In this document: positions 28,354 through 41,850 of the stretch, one piece after another | How the letters are laid out: every line of letters begins with the position of its first letter | How positions within the stretch are numbered: the stretch's first letter is position 1 | Source: Camelus ferus | Taxonomy: Eukaryota | Assembly: GCF_009834535.1 (NCBI RefSeq) | Contig: NC_045696.1 | Coordinates: 41,790,001-41,854,000, forward strand | Direction of reading: 5' to 3' | DNA length: 64,000 nt | Made by a program: the position numbers and the translations under genes | Notes under the pieces: generated by a model | Told to the model about the DNA's origin: nothing | Database searches by the model: none | Seen by the model: the letters and a program-made list of their open reading frames with translations, nothing else

Positions 28354-29778
28354 CTAACAGAATGTTATTCAACCATAAAAAAAGAAGGGAATCTTGCCAT
28401 TTTCAACAACATGGGTGGACTTCCAGGGCATAATACTAAGTAAAATAAGTCAGACAGAGAAAAACAAATACTGTATGATGCCATTTACACGTGGAATACT
28501 AAAAAAAAATCAATACAGAGAACAGATTTGCAGTTGCCAGAGACAGGGGTTGAGGGTTGGAGGAAATGGATGAAGGTGGTCAAAAGATATAAACTTCCAC
28601 TTAGAAGTTAAATAGGTCCTAGGGGATTTAGTTAACAATACTGCGTTGTATATTTGAAAGCTGCTAGGAGAGTAGATCTTAAAAGTCTCATCGTAAGAAA
28701 AAAAAAAAAAAAGAAGTGTAACTATGTACGGTGGTGGATGTTAACTAAACTTACTAAGTTTATTGTGGCAATAATTTTGCAATTTACACATGTATCAATG
28801 ATTATGTTGTACACCTAAAACTAATAAAATGTTATATGACAATTACATCACAATTTTAAAAAATAATAATGTATCAGTATTTGACTCACTAATTATAACA
28901 AATGTACCACAGTAATGCAAGATATTAATAATAGGGAAACTGAGTCAGGGCAGGGCAGAATGAAGAGCCTATGGGTACTGCCTGTACTATTCCTTCAATT
29001 TTTCAGTAAATCTAGAACTAGTCTAAAAAATAAAGTCTATTAATATTAAAAGATTAATAAACAGATAGTACCAAGTGCTGACAAAATTACAGAACACCCA
29101 GAAGCCTCCATATATTGCTGCTGGGAATGAAAATTGGTATAACCAGTCTGGAAAACAGTTTTTGCAGTTAAATATAGACTTACCATATGATTCAGGAATC
29201 CCACTTCTAGGCATTTAATCTAGAAAAATTTAAACTTATGCTTAAAAAAAATGTGTGCAAGTATGTATAGCAGCTTTATTCCTAATTGCCAAAAACTGGA
29301 AACGACCCATATGTCCTTCAGTCGTCAATGGAGGAATGGTTAAACAAATTACTGATATACACAACAACATGGATGAAATCTCAATGGCATTTTGCTGAGT
29401 GAAAAAGTCACTCTCAAAACATTTATTTATTTAAAAAAAACCCATTATTTATTCTGTGATTTCATTCATATGACATTATGGAAAATGTAGAAGTACAGGT
29501 ACAGAAAACAACGTTACCATGGATTAGGGATGGGGATAGAGAGTAACTACAAAGGGGACAGCACCAGGGAATTTTTTGGAGTGATGGAACTGTACACTAT
29601 CTTCACTGTGATGATAGTTATAGGAGTTATAGGAGCCTCTACAGGTCTTGTAACTCATAAGAGTGTACACCAAGAAAAAAATTATAAATAAATACAAACA
29701 CACACACACAGACCCATTTATTACAGTGGTGGTTGCAAAAGTGTATATACATTTGTCAAAATTCAGAACACTTAAAAT

Positions 29779-30065
29779 GTCACAGACATAGAAAACAAAC
29801 ATACGGTTACCAGAGGGGAAGGGAATGGGAAAGGATAAATTGGGAGTTTGAGATTTGCAGATACTACTATATATAAAATAGGTAAACAAGTTTACACTGT
29901 ATAGCACAGAGAACCATATTCAGTATCTTGTAGCTAACTTATGGTGAAAAAGAATATGATAACGAATATATGTATATTCATGTATGACTGAAGCATTCTG
30001 CTATACACCAGAAATTGATGCATTATAAACTGAATATACTTCAATAAAAATATTAAGTTTAAAAA
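29779..30065 (+). mobile_element. Young 5'-truncated L1 3' end
   Basis: Perfect 14-bp TSD AGAACACTTAAAAT at 29765-29778 and 30066-30079. Confidence 0.9.
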
Positions 30066-32052
30066 AGAACACTTAAAATAGATTAATTTAATTATACATA
30101 AACTGTCAATAAAATTTATTTTAAAAAGGGCAAAAAATCTGAACAGACACTTTACAAAAAAAAGAAGATAAACAGCAGCTAATCAGCATATGAAAATGTT
30201 ATAACTCCATTAGTCAACAGGGCAATGCAAATTAAAACCAAGCCCAAAAGTCCATCAATATGAGAATTAAATTGCTGTTATATTCATATAATAGCATATT
30301 ACTTAGCAATAAAAAGGAACAAATCACTGATAAATACAAAACAGGAATCAGTTTCAACAGCATTTAACTGCGCAATAGAGGGCAACCGCAAAAAAGTATA
30401 TACTGTATGAACAGGCAAAACTATCTTACAGATATAAAATCAGAAAATTGGTTGTGAGGAACATGGTGGGAACAGGGACAGCAGGAAAAGAGAAGACACA
30501 ATGGAAAGAGACATAAGGGAACTTTTAAGGACCGTGACGATGCTCTATTTCATTAAGATATTGGTTGCATGTGTTAAATTAGTCAAAGCTCATTCAATTA
30601 TATGCCTAAGATTTGTGCAGCCTATTTTATATAATTATGTCTCAACAAAAACCACAAATAAATACATAAGATAAAATTCTGCTATGGACTATAGAAAATG
30701 GCATTTATCCTTTTTTTTTTTTTTCATTGAAACCTACGGCATATGGGTGAAACAACGAAGCAAGGTTTTGGTAATGCTTCAAACTCCAGTAACAATAAAG
30801 CACACAGCAAATACTGTGAAGTCTAAAGCAAAAAGGAAGCAAGGTAACACTGACATATGCCACTTCAAATCTCAAATAGGATGTAGATTCCCCCAAAGTT
30901 AAGTATCACTATACTAAAAAGATAGACACCCAACTAGAGTGGGAAACTAGTCACAGGAAAAGAAAATATGTCTCTGAGGAGGTTTAGTTCATTCAGTGAG
31001 TTAGAGAGAATTAAAGGAGAAAATAAGTCATTACTTCTCAGGAAAAGGAGACTGCTGAAAGGAAGAGGAGGTAAGGAAGAGAGAGGACAGCAGATTATAT
31101 AACACAAAGACTTAATACCTAAAGAGCTGTCCGGTGAACCACATCTTTTTGAAGGACGAAAGCTAAATGAAGATTATACAGGGTAAAGGAAAAAACACAT
31201 CTGGTAAGATCCTCTTTAAGAAAACAAACCTAACAAAAATCATGTCTACTTCCAAGAGACTGTGTATGTGTATATTTAAAATGATACATATGTATCTTTT
31301 TACTCCATTCAATATTCTAAAACATAAAATATGTAAATGCAAAGAGATAAAATTTTCTTAAAATAATGTTGTTTTCTTCCATTGGCAACAATTTTACTGC
31401 ATGATAATGCCCAGTGCTAGTAAATTTGTAGAAATATGGGAGCTCTCACTGGTGGCAATATAAATTGGTAGAAATTTTCTGTGAGATAATTTTGCAATAT
31501 TTATTAAAATTTAATATTCAAATTCCCTTAGACCCAGTGATCCCACCCAAAAATGGTTCCCTGTTTATGAAAAATGATGTTCACTACAACACTGTTTCTA
31601 TTAGTAAAACACCAGAAACAACCAAACTGTCTACTATCAATGTACTAAGTGAATAAATTACAATATACAGTATATCTTTGGAGTACTGGAAGGCCAACAA
31701 AAAATAAACAAAGAAGTAGATCTAAATGTGTCAAAATATAAAAAAATTTAAAGATATTACTAACTGAAAACGGCAAAGAACAGAATTAGATGTATTTCAT
31801 GATCCCTCTTCAGCAATGATCAAAAAATAACATAAACTCATATGTGGGCAATATGCTTTTCTTTTTTGTACACTGTATAAAGAACAAATTATTATTTAAT
31901 AATTAAAATTTTAAATAATGTTAAAGCAATTAATACCAATGATAAATCTTTCCTCTGAGAACAAGTTATAATAAATGGTTAATTTTTCTTGCCTGTAACA
32001 TGAAAACACATATATTCAAGGTGACTTAAAGTCTGTTATCCTAAAATGCTAC

Positions 32053-32438
32053 TGTTAGGAACTGGATTGTCTCTTCCAAAATCCATATGTTGAAGCCCTA
32101 ACCATTAATATGACTATATGTGGAGACAGGGCCTTCACAGAGGTAATTAAGTTTAAATGAGGTCCTAAGGGTGGGAATCTAATCCTACAGGACTAGTGTC
32201 CTTATAAGAAGAGGAGGAAACTCCAAGGGATGTGGATGCACAGAAAAGAGATCATGTGAGGATACAGCAAGAAGGTGGCCACCTATAAGCCTAGGAGAGA
32301 CGGCCTTGGAGACACCAACCCTGCTAGCACCTTGATCCTGGACTTTCAGCCTCCAGAACTCTGAGAAAATAACTTTCTGTTGTTGAAGCCACCTGACCTG
32401 TGGTATTTTGTTATGTTAGCCCAGCAGATTAATATGTA
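32053..32438 (+). mobile_element. MLT1-type MaLR solo LTR
   Basis: atatgttgaagcccta...gtgtccttataagaagagga...cagcctccagaact...tgtggtattttgttatg. Confidence 0.88.
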
Positions 32439-33002
32439 TAGTCTCAACTGGAAAAATTGGAAAGTATGAGAAAAATTCTATTTTTAAAACATTGATGATG
32501 AGTTGTGCAAGTGAAGGGGAAAAAAAAAATTTAAAAAATACTATCTTAAGCCATACTCATGAGAACTCTACAGTAATACTTAACAGTGATAAAATTAGTT
32601 CAGATTTATAATCACGATATCTTTTAGAATACATTTGTGTCACCCTTGAAGATATACTTTCTCAAATTTACAAAACAAGAGAAAAAAAAGCAAGTGATTC
32701 TAAAAAGCTTAACAGTCTCATAAATGTAAAATACAATATATTTCACAATAATGAGATTAAAATTTCATGAAGAAAACAACCATGCATAATACAGGTATTC
32801 TTAGATTTAAAGTAAAAAAAAAACAAAAAACAAACAAAAAAATCTAATCTCTTCAACACATGCCAGAAATAAATTCATTTAAAATTATATAACACAGGAA
32901 AACCAAAAAAGGACATAATAGGAAAATAAAAATTCAGCTTTATTAAAATATTTTAAACATACCAAATAACGCCACATACTTAAAAGAAAAGTTTTTATTT
33001 AC

Positions 33003-33101
33003 CCCCTGCAAAGGGAGATCCCAGCGTTCTGAGCGTCTGAGTTTGGACAGTGGTGACTGAACACAAATATCCTCTGGTTTTGCATTTAACATCTTCGTTA
33101 T
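33003..33101 (-). CDS. SENP7: SENP7 coding exon 3, [33 protein letters not shown]
   Basis: Acceptor ggatttag|ATA and donor GGG|gtaaat; 99 nt, phase 0-0. Closely similar to recalled SENP7 [32 protein letters not shown]. Confidence 0.93.
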
Positions 33102-34333
33102 CTAAATCCAGAATGAGAAAATAATCAGTTTAAGTGAAATATAAATAAAAGCCAATGACCTAAAAGAACTATTATATTATCCGCATTAATATTTTGCTAT
33201 TACTTTTAAAGAGTTTTAATTTCAGTGCTTAATTTATAGGCAGTTAAATATAATTTGTAAAAAAATCTCTCATTCAGTATAAAGGTAGGTAAATGAAGTA
33301 CCACAATAACTTCCTAACTATTCTTACCTACAGTTTCTCCCCCTTCTAATTTTTCAAATGCTTTCCCCAGAGTTCCCTAATACACAAATATAATTATGGT
33401 ACAATCTTAAAATACAATAATGGCTTCCATTACTTACAGATAAAACTCTTAACAATCTGGGCTCCTTGACATCACCCACACATCACAAACTCGATACTCC
33501 AACAACATTGAGTTTATTCAATCTTTTTCAAATATATATTATATCTCTAGCCCTTTGTAAGTGCTGATCCTTCAACCCAGAATGCTCTCCCCTCTAATTC
33601 TCCCTTGTTAAAATACTTCAGATTCTGCACAAAATTATTCTCTTAAACACACAACTGTCACTGCCACACCAAGGCATTCCTTTCTCTGGGTATTAGAACT
33701 TGGTAACTGATATTACACATATCATACTATATTATAATTATTCATCTACATGTCTGTTTTCTTCTGCAGACTGTGGAGGTCACTAAAGAGATTGCCCTGA
33801 TCTTTATACCTCCAAAGTGTATCGCTCATGATACACTGAATAAACAAATGAACGAACATACAGATTGCAGCCACGAGTTTGAAATCATTTGTTTGGATCT
33901 GAAATAATTTAACTTTCACATTATAAATGACGCTTAAGCATCAAGTTCAGCTTATTATATGACATATAATAAAGCACTATATCAACTACACCCACTAACA
34001 ACCATAAAATGATTTCAATGAGAGTAAAGCATTAAGTCAGGAGGATAAAATAAATCTGAAGAAAGGGTACTCAACTCTTTTATTTCATTAGCATTTCTGT
34101 GTTAATCCTCCTGGGCACCAGTAATGTCTTAATTATTTATACCAAATCTATATAAAAAGGTACCTCTTTATAATTTTTTATCTGCAAAAACAACATTTTC
34201 TCTCAATCAGTCATTTCCTTCATATTCTTAACGAGGGAACAAGAGTTGTTCTCTCAGGGAGTAAAATAAGGGATTCGGGCTAATCACACCCATGGATCCT
34301 TTGTGAGTAGGATATTTAGCCTCTATTAGACAC

Positions 34334-34915
34334 TGTGGCACACTGTATTGTCCACAGATGGTCATATCAATATTCCACATCCCACATCCCCTTTTTACAA
34401 TGTGACACTGACCATTTCTCCAACATCAGGTGTGGTCTACGTTTCTTCCCCTTGAATCTAAGCAGAACTGTGACTGGAATTCCAAGGCTAGATCATAAAA
34501 GGCGATACATGGAGCTGCACTGCTTCAGCCTGGCTCTCACGTACTTGTGTGTTCTCCCTTCTTTCCTGTCTTTTCCCCTTTCTCTCTGTCTCTCAGTACA
34601 CATGCCTTGGGAGCCCTGAGCCATAGGTTAAAAAAGTCTTGGACACCCTGAAGTTGCTGTGCTGCAAAGATCACATGAAAAGGCTAAAAAGAATAGATAT
34701 ACATCAAGATATCTGAGTCTTCCCAACACAGGTATGAAGATAAGTGAGTGATCCTTTAAGATGATTCCAGGCCCCAGCCTCGAAGCAAACCTAGCTAACA
34801 TCAACTAAAATAAGGAAAAGCTATCTCCAACTGAACCCTGCCCAGACAACAGATTCATGAGCAAAAGAAGTTTAAACTGTTAAGTTTGGGGGTAATTTGT
34901 TACACAGCCCTAGTA
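34334..34915 (+). mobile_element. Old MLT1-type (H/I-like) LTR
   Basis: ccctgcccagacaacagattcatgagcaaaa...taagtttgggggtaatttgttacacagc. Confidence 0.7.
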
Positions 34916-35284
34916 ATAACCTGAAAAGATACCAAGGTCAAACTTGAAGGAGAACAACTGCTATTTTAAAAAGAGTTGGGTATAGGTTTTGAGTATTTTG
35001 CAAAATGTCTATCTTATAGAAGACTGTTGATGTCTTCTGTGGAAGATATATTTTATATCCTTTTTGCACAGCAGTTTTTACTATTTTACCTGTGAGTGGC
35101 TTCGACTCAACGTCAATAAATTATTTGCCCTAATAAATATTCATGTATTCTTCCATTAGGAACAACACAAAACATAATCTACCTTATTTTCAAAAAGAGC
35201 AGTCTCTGCTTCCCCCAAAAGTATAGAAATAGGAGATTTATTAAAACTCAAAATAAACATCAAGAGGCATGAAAATCAAAGTAT

Positions 35285-35495
35285 CAATGACCCTTGAACA
35301 ACTCAGGAGTTGGGGCACTGCACCCCTGCACAGTTGAAAGTCTGAGTAACTTTATCATCAGCCCCTCGTATCCACAGTTTCACATCCCCAGGTTCAACCA
35401 ACTACGGATTGTATAGTCCTAAAATATTTATTTTTAAAATTCCGTATGTAGGTGAACCAGCACAGTTCAAATCTATTGTGTTTAAGGACCAACTT
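35285..35495. mobile_element. Tigger2/MER8-type MITE
   Basis: Degenerate TIRs caatgacccttgaaca and tgtttaaggaccaact (consensus CAGTTGACCCTTGAACA). Confidence 0.75.
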
Positions 35496-37549
35496 ATACA
35501 CATAAAAATATTTATGAACAGGGACATAGACTATATATTACTTACAATATACAAAAACCAGAAACAATGACAATAAAAGAGCAATTAAACAAAACTATGG
35601 TAAAACTAAATAATGAGACACTTTCATTTATTAAATAACATGTTCCAAAAGAATAATTAATGATATAAGACATTATTTCCAACATAAGTTGCAAAGAAAA
35701 TCATACATACAAAATGATCTCTTTCATAAAGCAAAAAAAAAATCCATGTATAGAAAACAAATGTGAAATGATACACACAAAAATGTTTAACAGTAATTAT
35801 CTCTGAATGCTGATGTAGTGGGTGATTTTTATTTTCATTTTCGTATTTTCCTACAGTTTCCAAATGTTTTGTATTTTAATAGGAGTATCATGCAATTACT
35901 AAAGGCAAGAAAAAAATAAACATTTAAAGCTCAAAAAAAAACCTCTGCTGCAGCTTCTTAGTCAATAAATCTCTCAGTCTAATATTGCGTATGAGTGGCA
36001 AGCAGACTTTAGATACAAACTAACTACTTTGTCCATTTTTTCTACACTCACTTTTATTAATGATTAAATCATTGATAATGACATAAGTCTTTTTGCAACA
36101 ATCTGATCTATTCTTAGACACATTTTAATAATGGTCTCAAGGGTGTACAATTAAAAAAGATTCTAAGCCACTAATGATTCTGCAAAGCCTCATAACAAGA
36201 ATCAGAATGGATTCCTAACACTTTCAAGTATTTTCAATAGTCTCCTAATACTTTAAAGACTGAAATTTAATCTTTTAAGGCAAGAATGGGTTTTAAAACC
36301 CCTTCCCTTTAAGTTATACTTAAATACACTTAAAGAATTCTAACAATGTCCCCAAAACAAAGCTCAAGGACATTTATTTTATTTACTAATATTCAAATAT
36401 ACTATTAAACAAGACTTGCAGCAGTTCAATTCACGCAGTTACTTCGAGGTTCATTTTATACCTAATTCATTGCAGTATGCCCTCAAAAAGAGTGCAGTCC
36501 AAAGAGGATAATCCAGGGCGGGGGGAGGGATGCTACATTCTATTGACAAATCATACATTGTTAACAAATGCTCTTTAAACTGTTTGAGTTGAGATGATCT
36601 CTGCCATGTTCTTCGTACAGAACTTAAGAATTGTAATCACTTATTTGTTCGGACACTACATAGATATAAAGATTTATTTAAGGAAAATTTGGGGTCTGCT
36701 CATGGGTATGGCTATGACTTACCAAGGAAAAATTAAAGTCTTGTTTTTCAGTTTTCAGTCTCAGCCTCCCACGTATAAATCCAAAGATTATAAAAATCTC
36801 CCCATTAGCAGAGTTCAAAGTGTTCACACTCTTACTCTACATCTATCCAGAGAGGAGATGTAAGCCTTGAATTAATCTATTTCCAGCTCCTATCAAAGGG
36901 CCAGGAATACTTTAGTAGATAATGATATTCCAAAGATTTAGCTACAAGGATAACAACTACAGTACTATTTATAATTTTTTAAACTGAAAAAAATATAATG
37001 AAAGGATAGTGGTTAAATTAACTGTGATATACCATAAAATGGAATACAGTGTAGTCATTAAAAATATTTACCACTGCTTATGCCTGGTACTAATGCTCAG
37101 TAGAGTGTCCAACACACGTTAAGTATGCAATAAGTATCTACTGAGAAATGCTTAAATTTGATTTCATAAAATGATGTTCACAATACATAGTTAAGTAGAA
37201 AAAGTTAATTATAAAACAGTATTTTACGATTTTTAATTGTTAATATTTAAATATTTATCATAAATAAGCAGACAAACTAGAAGGATATATACCTTAGTAT
37301 TAATTTTGATTGAATCCAGGTGGTCTTTTTGTGTACTTGAATTTTCCGTTTTCTTGACAACAATCTAGTATTGAGTTAGAAATATTTTTTTAATACTTTA
37401 CACTCAAAATGTATCAGTATCATGTTCCTATATCCATCAATGCTCTAATCCTTTTAGTAATTTATTTCCCTAGCTGCCTTGAGAGAAAAAGCAATAATAT
37501 AAGCTACTAACCAAAATTTAATATGCCAATTTTTTAAGAATTTACATTT

Positions 37550-39240
37550 TTAAAGAGCAGTAGTACAACTTTGTGTGCATATTATGGTTGAACAAGTAAG
37601 AAAATATATTGTAGACAATGAAAGACAGAAAAAAAGTTAAAAATAAAGAGGGAAGGCTAGAATAAGCCCTGTGGTATTGGACTGGAATCAGACGTAACAG
37701 TACTGAACTCATGGGGTTTTTTTTTTCAGTTGTACAGAAAAGTAGTTAGAGAAATAAATATATACAGATTAGTATGTATGTGTATGGGTTAGTATACATA
37801 TATTTTTCTAGTCCTGTCTATTGAGATAGCCTAGAAACAATGATACCCCAGCAGCAAAGAGCACACCTAACACCCAGATCTGGTTCTAAAGACCATTCTT
37901 CAATAAAAAGAATCAGGGCTCCTTGGAAAGTCCCTTGCAGTACCAGAAAATAAGGAGGCGGTCAAAAAAAAAAAAAAAAAAAAAGGAGCATGTCAAAAGG
38001 GCACAGGAGTCATCCTGAAAGATCTCCCAATGCCAAAGCTGGAATTCTTTGATCAACAAAACCATTAATGACAGTAGTAGATTATAACACATAAAATAAA
38101 ATAAATACCTATGAGTCCATATTGATATATGTAAATAATGAATAAATAAATAAGTGAGGGAAGAGGGACAACTCACCCTTCCAGAAGAATTTTAATTAAT
38201 AAATATAGAGGAATGAAGAAAATAGAAAATCACCAATAGAATATTGCTTATTAATTGTTGCAGGTAAGATGCACTGCTAGATGCTAAAAAAGAGGGTGAA
38301 AGATTGAGAACAAACAGTGTATCTGCATAGATTCAAAATATCTCTCCCAACTCAAACTTCCAGTTATAAGATAGACAAGTACTAGGGATGTAATGTAAAA
38401 CATGATAAAGATAATTAACACTGCTCTAAGTTACAAATGAAAGTTAAGAGAGTAAATCCTAAGAGTTCTCATCACAAGGAAAAATTTTTTTTTCTGTTTT
38501 TTTAATGTTGTACCTATACAAGATGATGGATGCTCACTAAACCTACTGTGGTAATCCTTTCATGATATATGTTAAGTCAAATCATTTTACTGTACACCTG
38601 AAACTTATTGAGTCCTGTATGTTAATTATATCTCAATAAAACTGGGGGAAAAAACACAAAATACGTCTCCCAAGATATCTACTTATTACAAATGGAAAGA
38701 GCAACTCTACAACAGAGTAACCAGGCAGATACCATCTTAACCAGGTGATCAAGACTGACATCACCAGTAATAAGACTTATCATCATCACGTGTTCCCTGA
38801 CAGGATATACTGAGAAGGGCACAATATTTCTATGGTATTCCTCCCAAAAAACCATACCCTTAATCTAATCATGCATGATTAGAAACATGAGACAAACTCA
38901 GACTGAGGGTTATTCAACAAAATATTGACCAGCATTCTTTAAGCGTCCTTGTCAGGAAAGAAAAAAGACAAGAACTGTCACAGACAGAAGGAAATCAACG
39001 CAATGTGGGATCCTGGATTAGATCCTGAAATAGAAAAATGACATCAGTGGAAAAATTGAAGAAATCCAAATAATGTCTGTAGTTTAAAATATTATACTTA
39101 TGTTAATTTCTTTATCTTGATAATTTTACTACGGTAATGTAACATATTAACATTAGCAGAAGCTGAGTAAAGGGTAGATGGGAACTCTGTACTATTTCTG
39201 TAAATCTAAAGTTACTTGAAAATGAAAAGTTTTTTAAAAT
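37550..39240 (+). mobile_element. L1MC-like 3' end with a nested younger L1 3' fragment (38351-38656)
   Basis: caatgtgggatcctggattagatcctg...gaactctgtacta; nested piece flanked by CAAAATATCTCTCCCAA (38334-38350) and CAAAATACGTCTCCCAA (38657-38673). Confidence 0.8.
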
Positions 39241-40357
39241 GCTGTTGTAAATCAACTATACTTCAATTTTTAAAAATGCTGTCCCTGGTATTAAAAAATA
39301 ATCACTTTTGAAAAAAATTGATGTTCTACAACTAAAAATTAGAAAGGGAAATATATTTACTCAATATCTTAAAGTTCTAATGAAAGAATTTCAGATTAAG
39401 CTGCATGAAGCAATAGCCTAAAGCAGAGAATTTCACTTCACTGAAGGCATTAAATGGAAAAAAAGAGTAGTAGTCAATACAGTGGTATTTAAAACTGGGT
39501 ACAGTAACAATGTAAAATTTTCTTTTTTACCTCCCTTATTTACCTCACTTAAGCTAGCTAAATCCTGAATTTTAAGTGAAGGGACTACATCCCTCAAATC
39601 TGAAGGAAGCCAAGATAGAGAAAGAGTACTTAAAGTCAAGATCTCTGTGTAGTGTTGCAAGGTACTCTTGATTCCTCTCACAGCCCTCCTTTATGATTTC
39701 TTCTTCTCCCTCTTTAGTCCACAAAACATACCAAATTAAAGTCCTCTGTGTATAATTAGAATGCTTCAGAGAAAAGTCTATAATAAATTATTATAGTGCA
39801 CATCAAAGTATTTAAAGCATTTAAATCACAAAATTCCCTAGGAAAATATTATCTTTCTAAAAACAGATCAATGTTTTTAAACATCTCCTATGTAGGCAGA
39901 AACTTCATTTTGCTTGTATTGCTACTCTTAGCTTATACAGAAGAATACATAAATGGAAAAAAAAAAGATGTTTAACAGGACATATTCCAAATAGTAATTT
40001 TCACCACATGACTTGAACACAGCTTTCCAACATCTATAGCATCATAATGAATAAACCTAAGGTGCTCTAACATATCAGTCATCAAAGAAATGCTAGCTCT
40101 GTTTTATATAAATCTGAAAAAAAGACCTGGAAAGGATACTAGTACATTTCACAATGATTTAAACAAGGTTGGCCCAAGAAAGAGTTTCCTAGTTAACTCT
40201 CAATTAATTAGGATATACCATTCCACAGAAACCACTGATTAGTTAAGTATTTACAGTATTTTCTTTAAAATTTTATTAAAAAAACAAACACCAAAATATT
40301 TTCAATATTAGTAATTCTAAAGATAATGCAAAGGTTAAGAACAAAACTAATACATAC

Positions 40358-40410
40358 TTTATGTAACTCCGAAGATGAAGACTTTTTCCTTTTTCCTTCT
40401 GTGACAATTT
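40358..40410 (-). CDS. SENP7: SENP7 coding exon 2, (E)IVTEGKRKKSSSSELHK
   Basis: Acceptor tctttgtag|AA and donor AAA|gtatgt; 53 nt. Completes the GAA codon from exon 1 and ends in phase 0. Matches the recalled SENP7 stretch EIITEGKRKKSSS. Confidence 0.93.
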
Positions 40411-40454
40411 CTACAAAGACATGGTAAAAAAATTATCATTTAACATTAAATGAT

Positions 40455-41126
40455 GGAAAACATTATGGAGATCCCTCAAAAAACTAAAAATATACTTAAC
40501 ATATGATCCAGCAATCCCACTCCTGGGCATATATCCAGAGGGAACCTTAATTCAAAAAGACACATGCACCCCAATGTTCATAGCAGTACTATTTACAATA
40601 GCCAAGACATGGAAACAATCCAAATGTCCATCGACAGATGACTGGATAAAGAAGCTGTGGTATATTTATACAATGGAATACTACTCAGCCATAAAAAATA
40701 ATAAAATAATGCCATTTGCAGCAACATGGATGGATCTAGACAATGTCATTCTAAGTGAAGTAAGCCAGAAAGAGAAGGAAAAATACCATATATCACTCAT
40801 ATGCAGAATCTTTAAATTAAAAAAAAAAAAGACAAATGAACTTTTTTCAAAACAGAAACAGACTCACAGACATAGAAAATAAACTTATGGTTACCAGAGG
40901 GGAAGGGGATGGAAAGGGATGAATTGGGAGTTTGAGATTTGCAGATACTAACTACTATATATAAAATAAACAAGTTTCTACTGTGCAGCACAAGGAACTA
41001 TATTCAGTATCTTGTGGTAACCTATAATGAAAAAGAGAATGAAAAGGAATATATGCATGTACATGTATCTGTACACTAGAAATTGATACAACATTGTAAA
41101 AAGACTATACTCCAATTTTTAAAAAA
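40455..41126 (+). mobile_element. Young 5'-truncated L1 3' end
   Basis: ORF2 C-terminus MFIAVLFTIAKTWKQSKCPSTDDWIKKLWYIYTMEYYSAIK is still open; 3'UTR runs to gactatactccaa. Confidence 0.92.
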
Positions 41127-41349
41127 CCCACTGCTGCATGCCAAGCATCATGTTGAGAACTTAAAAAAAATTTTAATATCCCTCTTTAAGAGACCTTAGT
41201 ATATTAGTATCAGCATGTAGGAAAATCACTCTAATTATTCTCATTCTATATATACGAGTTAAACAATTAAAAAGCATGACATTTTCCCAAGTAGTTTGTG
41301 GAATCATTCATTCACTTATTTATTCTATAAACATTTATTTAAAATAATA

Positions 41350-41850
41350 GTAATTACCACTGCTAGGCACTATTTTGCACAAATTTTATCTTTACAAAAG
41401 CCTTGTGAGTTCAGGAATGGTATTACCTCTATTTTACAGATGAAAAATTTAGGTTTGAAAAATCCAAATAACTTGCTCAAGGTTATCATGTTAATCCATC
41501 ACTGGTCTGATTCCAGAGTGGTATTCTTACCACTCTTCAGTACACTCTAAGTATGCTGGATGCTATGGGGACATAAGATGAATAAGACAGTTGCTGTCAC
41601 CTAGTTAACAGTGTAACACTTACAGGTTATACAAATCTGATAAACATCAAGTAAGAGGCACGAAGACCTGTGGAAGTTCAGAAATAGGCATATATATTTT
41701 TAAGTCTGAGTTCATTAGGAGATAGTTCCTGGAAAGGAACAATTGGACTGGGCTTTGAAGTAAGTTTTAGATAATGAGTAAGTTTTAGATAGGCAGAAAT
41801 GGGTGGAAGGACAGTGCAACGTGCTGCCAAGAAGTGCGTCAACATAGGTA
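41350..41850 (-). mobile_element. MIR and L2 relics
   Basis: attttacagatgaaaaa...aacttgctcaaggt (MIR core); ctatggggacataagatgaataagacag (L2). Confidence 0.6.

Larger units (their letters stand above)
24965..30650 (+). mobile_element. Cluster of fragmented and nested old L1s (ORF2 and several 3' ends)
   Basis: ORF2 remnants (RAEINKVENRKS; ttgaaaagatcaataaaa; aagatgtcaattcttcccaacttgatctataga) and successive 3'UTRs of different subfamilies. Confidence 0.85.

Noticed and set aside
36717..36900. Possible cryptic SENP7 exon (minus-strand donor TTG|gtaagt near 36722)
   Set aside because: No convincing acceptor or recognisable coding similarity; cannot be supported without RNA data.
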